Source: Planctomicrobium piriforme (GTDB taxonomy: Bacteria > Planctomycetota > Planctomycetia > Pirellulales > UBA1268). Taken from it: a DNA stretch of 64,000 nt. Positions 1 to 7,991 of the stretch are shown piece after piece. How positions within the stretch are numbered: the first letter of the stretch is position 1; each line of letters begins with the position of its first letter. The DNA lies in contig CAMAVC010000001.1 in the NCBI GenBank assembly GCA_945861585.1, positions 5,947-69,946 on the forward strand, in the 5' to 3' direction. The position numbers and the translations under genes were made by a program. A model generated the notes under the pieces. The model made no database searches, was not told the origin of the DNA, and saw only the letters and a program-made list of their open reading frames with translations.

Positions 1-416
1 AGGGCCTCGGCCAGCGCGAAGTCGGTGTCGAGGTGGATCGGGAACGCGATCCCGAACTCGCGGCGGTAGGCCGCGATCTCCGCGGGGTCGTCGCATTCGC
101 AGACGACGCCCACGAACCGGATTCCGGCGCCGGCGAACCGCCGCGCCACGTCCTGGAGCACCGGGCCGTATTCCTGCGCAAGCGGGCAGCCCGGGTGCAG
201 AAACGCAAAGCACACGGCCCGGCCCTCTCGACCGAGCATCGCATCGAAGTCCTGGATGACGTCCGCGGCTGGCAGCACGAGCGTGTCCCCAGCCGGAACG
301 GCCTCCGTGTCAGCCGCCACCGCCGCACCAGCGATGCACAGCCCCACCACCAAGGCGGCCGCCCTCCGGACGGCACGACGCGGCCAGGCAGGATTGGATG
401 CGGGCACTCGTGGCAT
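1..416 (-). CDS. thioredoxin-like (redoxin/AhpC-TSA fold) secreted protein, partial (3' end beyond window start)
   Basis: Absent from the ORF track because it is open at the window edge. My minus-strand translation from ATG at 416 reads MPRVPASNPAWPRRAVRRAAALVVGLCIAGAAVAADTE...GRAVCFAFLHPGCPLAQEYGPVLQDVARRFAGAGIRFVGVVCECDDPAEIAAYRREFGIAFPIHLDTDF with no stops. It has a signal-like N-terminus followed by a redoxin-like layout. Third codon positions are GC-rich. Confidence 0.45.
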   Translation of the reverse strand, partial: MPRVPASNPAWPRRAVRRAAALVVGLCIAGAAVAADTEAVPAGDTLVLPAADVIQDFDAMLGREGRAVCFAFLHPGCPLAQEYGPVLQDVARRFAGAGIRFVGVVCECDDPAEIAAYRREFGIAFPIHLDTDFALAEA

Positions 417-641
417 GCGGTGACCTCAGGCTGACATCTGCTTCAATCTACCAGACCCCCGAAATGACGGCTCGTATCGAGTCGCAGACGTTCCCCGGAG
501 GGTGGCAGACTCTTCTGCCCAGTGGATCAGGATTGCCAAGGTCGATCTACCGCACCGCTGGGTCGCCGAACGGGCGCGGCTGCTCCGCGGCAGAATGCGG
601 CTCTATCGGCTGCTCACCCAGAGCCCTGCGCTCTCAACGCC

Positions 642-1997
642 TCACGGAGTTGCACATGACAGTGCTCGGCCGGCTGCCCTTTTTGTCCGCGCCAGTGCGA
701 CCAATGCTCCGGCGAGCACGGCCATCGCGCCCGGCTCCGGCACCGGCACGACCGGGCCCAGGCCCAACGCTGGAGCGACGCTGCCTGCAAATACGGGAAA
801 CGACATCCCACCGGTCGCAAACAACGCGCCGAGCGCGGCGAACGCCTCGCCACCGCCCCCTTCCGGCAGCGTTTCGTAAAACGACACGCTGAACTGCCCG
901 TTGATCAGGTCGATGAGCATCTCGTCGGCTTGATTGAACAGGTTCATTCCCAGGATGCCGTCGAGGCCCGGTACGCCGATGTCGTACACGTAGACCGGCA
1001 CGTCCAGGAACCGCAGCGTGTCGTCCGCCTCCGCTCCATCGATCGCTGCACCCAAGACAAGCTCGCCGAGCGTAAAGCCGGGAATCGCCACCGGTTCGCC
1101 GGCGGCTCCCTTCACAGAGATGGTTGTCTCGGGATTGCCGAGGTCGAGGCCCAGGCCGGCGGCGAGCCCCGTGGAGATGAGCGATACTTGGGCGCCGGTG
1201 TCGAAAAGCATGCTGCCGGCCGTCACCAACGTGGAGCCGCCCGCCATCCCGAGGCCGACCCCGGCGACCGTGGGGTTTGGCACGACCGTGATGTCGGAGC
1301 CCTCGTTCCCGTAGTTGTCGAGGCCCAGCGGGATCAGCGGAATGACGGCCGGTTGCGTGCTGCCGGCTTTCGCGATCAGCGTTTGCCCGGGCGTCACGAG
1401 ATCGAACGTCGGAATGAACAGTTGTCCTGTCAGCCCGAGTGACGACGCAAAGTCGATCCCCGAAAACGACACATGGGCAGCCGAGCCGCCCGGAAAGGCG
1501 ACGCTGGGCTTGTGGATCGGTGTGCCCGCGAGCGTGGGGAGATTCGGGCTGCCGTCGAGCGAACCGACAAACGCCTGGATGCCGGGCACGGCCCGCGTGG
1601 GAGATGTAGAAACGCTGACATCGAATGTGAACGTGTCCACATCGACATCGATCGTAAAATCCTGAAAGCCACCCACGAGAACCGTGCCCGGTTGGGACAC
1701 GTCGCCGATCACGCGGCCGTTGATCCCCTGGCCCCCTGCCCCACCCGGGTTGAGATGCGGCTGGGGGAAGTATTCATTGGCATAGGCGGCGAAGGAGACC
1801 ACCGCCGCCCCGGTGTCGTAGATGCCGAGATCGAACACCGTGGTCGTGCCGCTCGTGTAGGTCTGCACCGTGAGAATCTGCTGGCCGACGGTGTCGATGC
1901 TCGGATCGAGCGTCCGCGTGATCTCGATGGCGGCGGCCCAGGGAGCGAGCCACATCGCTACGAAGCCGGCAGAGAAGAAGCTCGGACAGCGGCTCAT
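642..1997 (-). CDS. PEP-CTERM-anchored secreted protein with retropepsin-like aspartic peptidase signature(s)
   Basis: Track ORF 642..2156 trimmed to ATG at 1997, giving signal peptide MSRCPSFFSAGFVAMWLAPWAAA. It has two D-T-G-A motifs (IYDTGAAVVSF, MLFDTGAQVSLIS) and a GILGMNLF motif. The C-terminus VPEPGAMAVLAGALVALARTKR is a PEP-CTERM sorting signal. Confidence 0.6.
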   Translation of the reverse strand: MSRCPSFFSAGFVAMWLAPWAAAIEITRTLDPSIDTVGQQILTVQTYTSGTTTVFDLGIYDTGAAVVSFAAYANEYFPQPHLNPGGAGGQGINGRVIGDVSQPGTVLVGGFQDFTIDVDVDTFTFDVSVSTSPTRAVPGIQAFVGSLDGSPNLPTLAGTPIHKPSVAFPGGSAAHVSFSGIDFASSLGLTGQLFIPTFDLVTPGQTLIAKAGSTQPAVIPLIPLGLDNYGNEGSDITVVPNPTVAGVGLGMAGGSTLVTAGSMLFDTGAQVSLISTGLAAGLGLDLGNPETTISVKGAAGEPVAIPGFTLGELVLGAAIDGAEADDTLRFLDVPVYVYDIGVPGLDGILGMNLFNQADEMLIDLINGQFSVSFYETLPEGGGGEAFAALGALFATGGMSFPVFAGSVAPALGLGPVVPVPEPGAMAVLAGALVALARTKRAAGRALSCATP

Positions 1998-2339
1998 CTC
2001 GCGTCTCGGGGCGGGGTTTGCAACGCGGGGGCAGATGCCGGCGAACGGTTCGCCGAACTTTAGCGGAGCGTTCTCCACCCCCATCTCTAGGCAAGAATCG
2101 GCGATGGGGCCGGGGCTGTCAACTCGCCGACATGAGGGTCTTGTGCATCCCCGCACAGGCCCGCGTCGCGATCGCAGTTCGGATCGCCGTAGATTTCTGC
2201 CATCCCCGCCACCGCCGCCAGATACTCGTTGAAGTGGGCATCCATGTTTGAACCCTCCGTGGTTATTGAACTCTACGCGTGTCCGGCCACGAAGTTCACT
2301 TTCGCCCAGCCTGCCTGCCTTGCCCGAGCCGCCAGGAAG

Positions 2340-4433
2340 CTACTCGGCTGTCCAGCGGCTTTCGTAGACGGTGTCGCGGCGCGGCATGATCACCGACCAG
2401 CCGATGAGTTGGCCGTAGGGGTGATCGATCGTGTATCGCGCTGTGAGCGGCTCGACGTCGGCCGGGTCGCCGCGGGGATAGCGGACGAGCTCATACCGCT
2501 GGTAGGGATGATCCTCCGGAAACAAGAGCCAGACCGTGACCAAGTCGGCATCGAACTGCATCACGAACGGCATCCGGCCCGGGGGCAGGGAAGAAAACCG
2601 CACGCCGCCGGTGATCTCGAGCGTGATCGGATCATCGAGCGGGGCCTGCGAAAGATCGCAGTGAAACTCGTAGAACACCGGCGACTCGCCCGGCTCCGCC
2701 GCCGTCACGCGCCGCACGGAGATCGGATACGGGCTCTTCGGCTGGCGGTAGTCGACGTCCTCGATGGCGAGCGCCGTGCGAAAGACCACGCCACGCTTCC
2801 GCCGCGCCGGATCCTTCACCCTGAGCACGACCCGGTCGCGAAAGTGCACGCGGCCCCCCGCATCGGGCCGCAGGCTGCCGGCCCAGGCGCTCCGCAGATC
2901 GTTGATCCGGCTGTAGGAGAGGATCTCGATGCCGGCGTAGTCGTCCGGCGTGGCCGCGGCCGCGGTGGTGACGTCGATTTTTCGCCAGCCGTTGAAGGGA
3001 TCGCTCTCGACCAGGTCGAGCACGATGCGGATGTCGGGATCGCCCTGGGCGATCGAATCGATCACGCTCGTGAGCATCTCGGCCCGCCGATGGAGCCGGT
3101 AGAACCGCACCGGCAGATACACGAAGAGCAGACAGGCGAGTGCCAGATAGAGATACGTGGGCCAGTCCCTCCAGTCGAGCAGCGTCGACCAGACCTTCCG
3201 CTGACTCGATCGCCGCACGCGGGCGGCGAGCAGCGCGCTCGAGTTCGTGGCCGCCGTCCGGGCCGTGCCGGCCATGTGCGTGGCCTCGGCGGAGGTCGTT
3301 CCGCGCGGAACGACGGAAGAGCGGCCCGGCAGCGGCTCCCATGGCGGCCCCTCGGCGACCGGCCTGAGCGCCTGGTCGCCGATCCGCCGATGGAGGCTTC
3401 TCGCCACCTCGTAGCCGTGGGCGACGAGTGCGTTGACTTCCAGGTCGCTGAAGCGGTCGAGATCGGTGCGGATACTCGACACCTCGGCCTGCACGACCGG
3501 GTGCAGGGCATGCGGGTCCTCGTGCGGGTCGACCACGTGCGTGACGGGCACAAAATGGAAGCCCTTACGGTTGCCGAAGTTCTCGCGCTCGAGCTGCCAC
3601 ACCCTGTCCCAAAGGATGTCGGACGCCCGGATCGACTGGGCCACGAATCCGAGCGGCGCGTTGCCGAGAATCTGGAACGGCTTCCCGGCGTCACTCACGA
3701 TCACGCGGTCGTACGTGCGGCCGCCATGCCGTGCGAGCCACGCGAACGCCCGCGTACCGAGGTTGTCGTAGACGCCGCCATCGGTGAACGACTCCGTCGG
3801 AAATTGGCCCTCGTGCACTCCGAGATCGGTGGCCGTGATCTCGACCGGCGGAAAGAACCCTGGAAACGCCGACGAGGCACTGACCACCTTCGCGATGCTC
3901 GCCGTTTGGCCGGCGACGTGTCGGAACGGATCCACTTCGCCCGCCTCGCGCTTTTGGATGTGGAGGCCGTCTCGGTTAAACACCGCCATCACGCCATCGC
4001 TGACGTTCGTCGAGAGCATGTGCAGGGCCGGCTGCTCGGGCAGTTCAAAGAGCCGCCGGTCACCGTAGAGGAACTGGCGATAGGCCCGCTCCAAGAGCGC
4101 ATTGGGTGCGAACTGCGGCGCGTGCCAGCCGGTGAGCTTGGCGGCCAGTCGCAGCGGAAAGAGCAGGGGCAGCCGGCGCACGATCCGGTTGCGGACGTCG
4201 TGCTGCACGAAGTGCACGATCTCCGCGGCCGCCTCGCCAAACGCCCGGTCATCGCCGGTGTAGCGGTCCCAGTTGAGGACGAGGTGGGCCCCCACGATGC
4301 TTCCGCCGGAGACGGCGGCGATGTCGGTGACGAGCGGCAGGGTGCCGTTGTCACGGAGGTAGCGGATCACGCCCAGGTGATAGAGCGTGGCTCGAAATCC
4401 TCCGCCTGAGAGGGCGAGTCCGATGGCGGCCAT
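2340..4433 (-). CDS. patatin-like phospholipase with a central TM helix and an uncharacterised C-terminal domain
   Basis: Track ORF 2340..4934 trimmed to ATG at 4433, which is preceded by AGGAGG. Patatin motifs are present: LSGGGFRA (oxyanion hole), AAVSGGS (nucleophile elbow) and FTDGGVYDNLG (catalytic Asp). A TM segment WPTYLYLALACLLFVYLPV follows, then about 250 aa with no motif I recognise. Confidence 0.8.
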   Translation of the reverse strand: MAAIGLALSGGGFRATLYHLGVIRYLRDNGTLPLVTDIAAVSGGSIVGAHLVLNWDRYTGDDRAFGEAAAEIVHFVQHDVRNRIVRRLPLLFPLRLAAKLTGWHAPQFAPNALLERAYRQFLYGDRRLFELPEQPALHMLSTNVSDGVMAVFNRDGLHIQKREAGEVDPFRHVAGQTASIAKVVSASSAFPGFFPPVEITATDLGVHEGQFPTESFTDGGVYDNLGTRAFAWLARHGGRTYDRVIVSDAGKPFQILGNAPLGFVAQSIRASDILWDRVWQLERENFGNRKGFHFVPVTHVVDPHEDPHALHPVVQAEVSSIRTDLDRFSDLEVNALVAHGYEVARSLHRRIGDQALRPVAEGPPWEPLPGRSSVVPRGTTSAEATHMAGTARTAATNSSALLAARVRRSSQRKVWSTLLDWRDWPTYLYLALACLLFVYLPVRFYRLHRRAEMLTSVIDSIAQGDPDIRIVLDLVESDPFNGWRKIDVTTAAAATPDDYAGIEILSYSRINDLRSAWAGSLRPDAGGRVHFRDRVVLRVKDPARRKRGVVFRTALAIEDVDYRQPKSPYPISVRRVTAAEPGESPVFYEFHCDLSQAPLDDPITLEITGGVRFSSLPPGRMPFVMQFDADLVTVWLLFPEDHPYQRYELVRYPRGDPADVEPLTARYTIDHPYGQLIGWSVIMPRRDTVYESRWTAE

Positions 4434-4559
4434 GGGGCGATGATTCCTCCTGCATCCCTGCGCGTGCGCTCCTACTGTCACCCAGGCTCGTCGGAGCTGG
4501 CAACTGCGTGCGTGCCGCTGGCGTAGGCGACGAACGCCGTCGGCAGTCGACGACGCCCA

Positions 4560-4573
4560 GGGGGGGGGGGGGG
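4560..4573. repeat. G14 homopolymer (C14 on the minus strand) in a divergent intergenic spacer
   Basis: Counted directly: g at 4560 plus 13 g at 4561-4573, followed by cgaaaaa. It lies between the patatin start (4433, -) and the kinase start (4627, +). Confidence 0.95.
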
Positions 4574-4626
4574 CGAAAAACCGCGGTTCATTGGAACCAG
4601 ACGGCTCCCCGGGCGACACTTCTGGC

Positions 4627-6033
4627 ATGTGCCCGCACGTGCGTCCCGACACACTCACCGCCCGGCTTGTCCTGCCCGTCGTCGGGCTCGTGCTCGCAGG
4701 CGTGCTCATCAACGTGGGGTTTGCCGCGTGGCTGGCGACGCGTCGTGCGACCACCGCGGCTCGCGAGCGGCAGGAGCGGGTGGCTGCCGCCCTCTCGGAG
4801 TCGCGTGTCGCCCTCTCTCCCGCCGTGCTCGACGCGCTGCACGCCCTCACCGGCAGCCACTTCCTCGTTTGGAATCCGACGTCGCGGCAGCCCGGTGCCG
4901 CATCGTTCCCCGCCGAGGAGCAGGCCGCGATCACGAACGAGATGCTCGCTGCCGCGATCGAGGCCGGCCGGATCGAGATCGCCGGCGTCCGCTATTCCAT
5001 CGGGGTCGCTCGGGCGCAAGGCGTCCGACCGGAGGGCGTGCTCGTGCTCACGCCGCAGAAGCCGACCCTCGCGGCGACCCTCGAGACCCTCTGGCCGGTG
5101 CTCGCGGTGGCGGCGGGAACGCTCGCGGTGTTCGTGCCGCTCGCGCTTCGCACCACGCGGTCGCTTGCGGGCAGGATCACATCGGTGGAACGACACGTCG
5201 ACCGGATCGCCGCCGGCGAGTTCGGCCAACAACTGGCCGACGCCGGTTCCCGGGACGAGGTCGATCGACTCGTCGCCGGCGTCAATCGGATGAGCACGAC
5301 GCTCGCGAGCCTGCGCACGTCGCTCGTCACAGGCGAGCGACAGCGGCTGCTCGGCCAGTTGGCCGCCGGCTTCGCCCACGAACTACGCAACGCCATCACG
5401 GGCGCCCGGCTCGCCATCGACGTGCACGCCCGCCGCTGCACCCGCTCGTCGGAGACGGCCGACGAGAGCCTCGCCGTCGCCACGCGGCAGTTGGCGATCG
5501 TCGAGGAGGAGGTCCGCGGGCTGCTCGCGCTTGGCAAGCCCACGGCGGCGGCCCGAGGGCCGGTGGCCGTCGACGACCTGCTCGCGGCGGTTCGTGATCT
5601 CACCGCTCCACGTCGCGACCATGCCGGCGTGCGGCTCGAATGCGAAGTCCCGACCGGCATCACACTCCTCGGTCGACCCGATTCGCTGCGGGCGGCGCTC
5701 GTCAACCTCGTGCTCAACGGAATCGAAGCCGCGGGACGCGGCGGAGTGGTGCGACTGACCGGCACGTCGGCCGACGGCCGGATCGATCTCGCCGTGGAGG
5801 ACACCGGCCCCGGTCCGCCGGCCGCGATCCGCGCCTCCCTCGGCGAACCCTTCGTGACGGGCAAGCCCGAGGGGATCGGCCTGGGGCTCGCGATCGCCAA
5901 GGCCGTGGCGGAGGATCACGGCGGCACGCTCGCCTGGGGCCGCAGTCACGACCGCACGCGGTTTGCGATCTCGCTGCCGGCGGAGACACTGAAAGGAACG
6001 TCCGCAGTGCATCCTTCGAGACCGTGCGCATGA
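4627..6033 (+). CDS. sensor histidine kinase (2 TM, HAMP, HisKA, HATPase_c)
   Basis: Contains H-box FAHELRNAITGA, N-box LVNLVLNGIEAA, G-boxes VEDTGPGP and GIGLGLAIAK, and a HAMP-like segment RTTRSLAGRITSVERHVDRIAAGEF. The track start at 4591 is a TTG; ATG at 4627 is preferred. The stop overlaps the next gene's start (ATGA). Confidence 0.85.
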   Translation: MCPHVRPDTLTARLVLPVVGLVLAGVLINVGFAAWLATRRATTAARERQERVAAALSESRVALSPAVLDALHALTGSHFLVWNPTSRQPGAASFPAEEQAAITNEMLAAAIEAGRIEIAGVRYSIGVARAQGVRPEGVLVLTPQKPTLAATLETLWPVLAVAAGTLAVFVPLALRTTRSLAGRITSVERHVDRIAAGEFGQQLADAGSRDEVDRLVAGVNRMSTTLASLRTSLVTGERQRLLGQLAAGFAHELRNAITGARLAIDVHARRCTRSSETADESLAVATRQLAIVEEEVRGLLALGKPTAAARGPVAVDDLLAAVRDLTAPRRDHAGVRLECEVPTGITLLGRPDSLRAALVNLVLNGIEAAGRGGVVRLTGTSADGRIDLAVEDTGPGPPAAIRASLGEPFVTGKPEGIGLGLAIAKAVAEDHGGTLAWGRSHDRTRFAISLPAETLKGTSAVHPSRPCA

Positions 6034-7424
6034 GCCGAATCCTTGTCGTCGACGACGAACCAGCCATCGGCTGGAGCCTGCGCGAGCGGCTCGCGGACGA
6101 CGGGCACGCCGTCGAGGTGGCGGCGTCGGCTGAGGCAGCCCTGGAGACATGCACCCGCTTCGCTCCAGACGCGATGCTGCTCGACGTCCGTCTGCCCGGC
6201 CGCGACGGCCTGACGGCCCTCGCCGACCTTCGGTCCCTCGCTCCGGCGGCGCGGATCGTCGTCATGACGGCATTCGGCGATCTCGAGACGGCCGTGCGGG
6301 CCATGAAGGCAGGAGCCTTTGACTATCTCGTGAAGCCCTTCGACCTCGAACGGGTGACGCAGGTCGTGTCGCGGGCGCTCGCCGAGGCCCCACGCGGAAT
6401 GCACGCCGACACGAGTCCTCCCCTGCCAGAGCCCGGTGTCCGCCTCATCGGCACATCGCCGCCGATGCAGGAGGTGTTCAAGCAGATCGCCCTCGTTGCC
6501 CCGACCGATCTGCCGGTGCTCATCACCGGCGCGACGGGCACCGGCAAGGATCTTGCCGCCCGCGCGATCCATGCACATGGGGCGCGGCATGAGCGGCCGT
6601 TTCTGGCGACGAGCCTGGCCGCCCTCGCCCCGAGCGTGATCGAAAGCGAGCTCTTCGGTCATATCCGTGGGGCCTTCACCGGCGCGACGAGCGACCGGCC
6701 GGGACTCTTCGAACTGGCCGACGGTGGCACGTTGTTCCTCGACGAGATCGGTGAAGCACCGCCCGACCTGCAGGTGAAGCTCCTGCGGGTGCTCGAAACC
6801 CGAGAGATCACTCCCGTCGGTGCGGCCCGGCCGCGCGCCATCGACGTGCGGGTGATCGCGGCGACCAACCGCGACCTCACTGCGGCGCTCGAGGCCGGTG
6901 CCTTTCGCGGCGATCTTTTTCATCGCCTCAATGTGTTCCCGATCTCGATGCCGCCGCTGGCCACCCGGCTGGAAGACCTGCCGGCGCTGGTGGCGACGTT
7001 CGTCCAGCGGATCTCTCCGCAGCGGCCAGCCGTCACGGAGGCGTTTCTCGCCGCCGTCCGTGCGCGGTCGTGGCCCGGCCACGTGCGCGAGCTCAAGCAT
7101 GCCGTCGAGTACGCCTGCGTGGTCGCCCGCGGGGGCGCCCTCCAGCCGGAGCACTTGCCTCCGTCGGCTCAAGGGGACGTCGTGCTCGACGATCTGTCAG
7201 GTCTCGGACACGACGCGGCCCTCACCCGGGCCGTGCAAGGCTGGGTGGCCGACCACTGGCCCGCCCCCGGTGTTGATGCCGGCACGCTCCATGCAGGGCT
7301 GGTCGGGCTGGTCGAGACGGCCCTGATCGAAGAAACGCTGGCCCGTGTGGGCGGCAACCGCACGGCGGCGGCCCGGCTGCTCGGCGTCGACCGGGCGACG
7401 CTGCGCGTCAAGCTCGAGCGGTGA
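6030..7424 (+). CDS. sigma-54-dependent response regulator (NtrC family enhancer-binding protein)
   Basis: Track ORF 5640..7424 trimmed to [11 protein letters not shown] at 6030. It has a receiver domain ([11 protein letters not shown]), an AAA+ domain with Walker [15 protein letters not shown] and ESELFGH motifs, and a C-terminal Fis-type [26 protein letters not shown]. Confidence 0.9.
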   Translation: MSRILVVDDEPAIGWSLRERLADDGHAVEVAASAEAALETCTRFAPDAMLLDVRLPGRDGLTALADLRSLAPAARIVVMTAFGDLETAVRAMKAGAFDYLVKPFDLERVTQVVSRALAEAPRGMHADTSPPLPEPGVRLIGTSPPMQEVFKQIALVAPTDLPVLITGATGTGKDLAARAIHAHGARHERPFLATSLAALAPSVIESELFGHIRGAFTGATSDRPGLFELADGGTLFLDEIGEAPPDLQVKLLRVLETREITPVGAARPRAIDVRVIAATNRDLTAALEAGAFRGDLFHRLNVFPISMPPLATRLEDLPALVATFVQRISPQRPAVTEAFLAAVRARSWPGHVRELKHAVEYACVVARGGALQPEHLPPSAQGDVVLDDLSGLGHDAALTRAVQGWVADHWPAPGVDAGTLHAGLVGLVETALIEETLARVGGNRTAAARLLGVDRATLRVKLER

Positions 7425-7535
7425 TCCGCCGCCGCTTTCCCGAGCGTGATTCCGCCCGTAGACTGATTGCCGGTGGAGCCCGACTCAACGTGGCTTCTGG
7501 CCCGATTCCTTTTCCCCGGACGACGGAGAGCCACG

Positions 7536-7964
7536 ATGGACATTCTCGGTGAGATCTTGAAGCAGGTGCTCGAAGGTGCCGCCCAGCAGCAGGCCCCGCA
7601 GCGCGCGCCGCAGCCGCAGCCTCGCGCCCCTCAAGGCGCCCCCTCGGGCATGCCCAACCCCAACGACCTTGCCGAGATCTTCAAGCAGATCTTTGGCGGT
7701 GGCGATGCCCCCAAGCTGCCCGATGTCGTCAAGCAGTTCGAGGAGAAGGGGCTCCGAGACGAAGTCGACTCGTGGGTGCGCACCGGGCCCAACAAGCCCG
7801 TCAGCCGGCGGCAGATCGAAGACGTCTTTGGCGAGCGCGAGCTCGAGGAGATCGCTCGGCAGCGGAATATTGACCGCGAGCGACTCGCCGAAGTACTCGG
7901 CCGCTACATCCCGAAGATCATCGACGAGCTCACGCCGTCGGGCCAGATGCAAGCCCGCCGCTAG
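7536..7964 (+). CDS. YidB-like DUF937 protein
   Basis: Trimmed to MDILGEILKQ. The motif GLRDEVDSWVRTGPNKPVSRRQIEDVFG matches the YidB/DUF937 pattern as I remember it. Confidence 0.65.
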   Translation: MDILGEILKQVLEGAAQQQAPQRAPQPQPRAPQGAPSGMPNPNDLAEIFKQIFGGGDAPKLPDVVKQFEEKGLRDEVDSWVRTGPNKPVSRRQIEDVFGERELEEIARQRNIDRERLAEVLGRYIPKIIDELTPSGQMQARR

Positions 7965-7991
7965 CCGCGGCTCCGACGGACCGGTGCTGCG

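Noticed and set aside
2229-4409. 726-aa plus-strand ORF. Similar very long ORFs occur opposite recognisable genes, e.g. 7485..9179(-), 19191..22820(+), 23786..26056(+), 28904..31285(-), 35537..38044(-), 41023..42681(-), 42823..44310(-), 47188..48714(-), 50298..51593(-), 56192..57652(+).
   Set aside because: Each lies antisense to, or out of frame with, a gene that has clear family motifs. Their translations are Arg/Pro/Gly/Ala-rich low complexity with no motifs. Stop-codon depletion in high-GC DNA produces such shadow ORFs.
4499-4516. Sigma-54-like promoter on the minus strand upstream of the patatin gene (GGCACGcacgcagTTGCC), next to the NtrC-type regulator.
   Set aside because: The GG and GC dinucleotides are separated by 13 nt instead of the required 10. 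The plus-strand reading TGGCAACTGCGTGC has 9 nt. Spacing is critical for RpoN promoters, so I do not call it.
2340-4934. Over-extended N-termini in the ORF track. Examples: patatin 864 aa; 18858..22916; 23945..27310; 5640..7424; 8924..10012; 9997..11091; 10827..11624; 26738..31348; 39641..40237; 57850..58596.
   Set aside because: The upstream extensions are Arg-rich, overlap the preceding gene or intergenic signals, and lack signal peptides. Internal ATG starts give proper signal or Tat peptides, SD-like motifs or ATGA coupling, so I trimmed the coordinates.
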